NCBI RefSeq assembly: GCF_020745735.1
Contig: NW_026869307.1
Span: forward strand, 1 to 64,000
DNA length: 64,000 bases
Source: Hemiscyllium ocellatum
Lineage: Eukaryota
Reading direction: 5' to 3'
In this document: piece by piece, positions 61,901 through 64,000 of the stretch
How the letters are laid out: each line of letters starts with the position of its first letter
Position numbering within the stretch: the first letter of the stretch is position 1
Translations under genes and position numbers: made by a program
Notes under the pieces: generated by a model
What the model saw: the letters and a program-made list of their open reading frames with translations, nothing else
The model's database searches: none
What the model was told of the DNA's origin: nothing

Positions 61901-64000
61901 TTTACCAAGTTGATATCTAAGTAAATCCATCAGCCTTCAACATTACTTCCTTACTTTAGTACACAGTGCCTCTATTTATGAATTTCGAGAAAGCATATGG
62001 TGTGGCAACTTTACTTTTAGTTTTTGCCACATTAAATATTAATTCAGGAGCACCTTCAGCTCTCCTCCGTCTCGTACTTTCTTCAGAAAGTTACCAGTCA
62101 GACTATGCTGCTTCTCCTTACCCATACTCGAAAATTCATTATCTCCACTTTGCTAAATTACACATGCCACTAACTTGTCCATATCCTGTTACAATCCATT
62201 TTTCTATCATCGTGCTGCTGCTACTTGGACTTCATCAGCAAATTTTGAAATTTGATTCTGTAATCCAATATCTACGTCTTTAAATACAACAACAAAAATA
62301 TGTTATTGACTGATTTATTTCACTGGTTTGGTTCCGGTCAGTGTTTCGATCTTCTACCTCTTCATATTGTATTGTTGTTCTGTTTAAATGTTGACGTTAA
62401 AGGTATTTGTTTGTCATTGTAACCGATTAAAATAAGCAGGCTAATGCTTAAATGAAAATAGCAAGCAGAAAAATGCCATATAGCCGTTTAATTTATTTAT
62501 TTATCTGCAGTTAGTCTATTCTGCTTGCAGAATCGATCATTCTTGGTGGAATATGTCTTCGTTGAGATTTTAAATGTGTTGCACTGCTTTTCATAATCTT
62601 TTCATTTGAAATAACTTCCCAGTTCAACTTATCCAAACCTGTCTTTGCAATTTTGCAAGTGTCTTTTAGTTAAGTTTCAGACACAGGTTTTAGATAGAAG
62701 ATTTTCATTTTCAAACCAAATGTGAAAATTCTTTATGGTATGATCACTTTCTGAGGTGGTTCGTTTATTGCAACATTATCAAACAACTTTTCTCATTCAA
62801 TATGACGTGTACTAATTTAATCTGTTCCACAAAGTATTGTTCTTAGAAACTGTCATGAATACATCCCATGAACTGCTTCTGAATCAAGTAACCCCTCGTA
62901 CTTTGCAATTTCAGACAAGAAAAATTGATTTACTCAGCCTCTCATCAATGGACACCCACTTCACCTCAGGGACAATTTATGGTAGGCTCACCATGCAGTC
63001 TCCAATATGAATGCACCCTACATTAAACCAAAAGCAAATAAATGTAGAGTCTGGAAACCTGAAACAAAAAACCTGCATACTGACTTTCTGTGTTGCTTGT
63101 GTAACTATACCCACACGGGTCTGAGCATCAGATTTACACCTGCCAAATTAAGATATCCATTTAAATTCACAGCAAAATCACCAACAATTATTGCAGTACT
63201 TTTTGTCCTATTCATGGTTTTACTTGACTTCTATGAAATTAGCTGCTGATCGGTGGACTATGAACTATGTCCACTTGCAACTTCTTCTCCTTATTATTTC
63301 TTATCTCATTCTCACAATTATTGCATATTTATATTCTCATCAAAAGTAATGTATCATGGTTGTACTGATCAACAATTTTTAACAGAACCAATACATCGCC
63401 TTTCGCTTTGATTCTCATCCTATTGTAATGTCACACACTCTTTCACATTCGATATCCAGTCTTGGTTACCTTGTAAACATGTCTCTGCATTGACTATCAA
63501 ATCATAGCTGTTTTCTTGCATTCATGTGATCAATTCATCAAGCCCGTTACAAACTCTGTCTACATTCAACTGAGGAGCCTTTAATCTGACTGTATGTTTT
63601 CATCTCGCTTTGCATAATCAGAAAATTGAAATATACACTCTCTGTCTTGAATTATTTGAATAGGTTTGAAATACGTCACGTTTTTGCATGCAGTAATATC
63701 AGTCTTCCAAAGTTAAAAGGTTTGGGTTGAGCACACTGTTTGCTTCGTATCTGTTAAACAATTCTCTATCAATGTTAATGTAATATTCTGAACGCAAGTT
63801 CTTGGCTGTCACGTGACCTTTTGGAATTCCATTTGGAAATGCCGACACACGATAATTTGTGATTTCCCTGTCTTCTCCTTTGCAACACGAAACCTCCAGA
63901 CACTTTAAAATATTTGTCAAACATGGTATCTCTTTTGTCAAACTGTGCTGACTTATTCTCATCATACACCAAATTTCTAACTGATTTGTTTATACTTTAA

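Noticed and set aside
61966-62283. 105-aa hydrophobic plus ORF
   Set aside because: No recognisable domain or splice context; consistent with chance in AT-rich DNA

Overview
Eukaryotic, AT-rich, repeat-dense DNA, almost certainly from a shark (HE1-type SINEs, HER1/CR1 and L2 LINEs, Rex/Babar, Gmr1-like LTR element); the lineage is inferred from the repeats only. One host gene is supported: a minus-strand, non-rearranging Ig-superfamily receptor with leader (11782-11836), V(J)-like (11267-11575), C1 (8328-8624) and TM (7507-7611) exons, all phase 1 with GT-AG introns. Its cytoplasmic exons are unresolved. The rest is layered transposon debris. Bases 1-4000 and about 12.7-13.6 kb are paralogous to 27.7-40.6 kb and about 44.0-44.9 kb, but the second block lacks the receptor gene and carries nested insertions. 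Other notable items: foldback Penelope-type mini-elements with 12-15 bp TSDs and minimal hammerhead-ribozyme cores (three families), a perfect 162-bp palindrome, an identical 144-bp direct repeat bracketing the C1 exon, and an LTR element with integrase upstream of RT. No CRISPR, tRNA or rRNA genes were found. Repeat boundaries were set by eye and are approximate unless a TSD or splice site is quoted.
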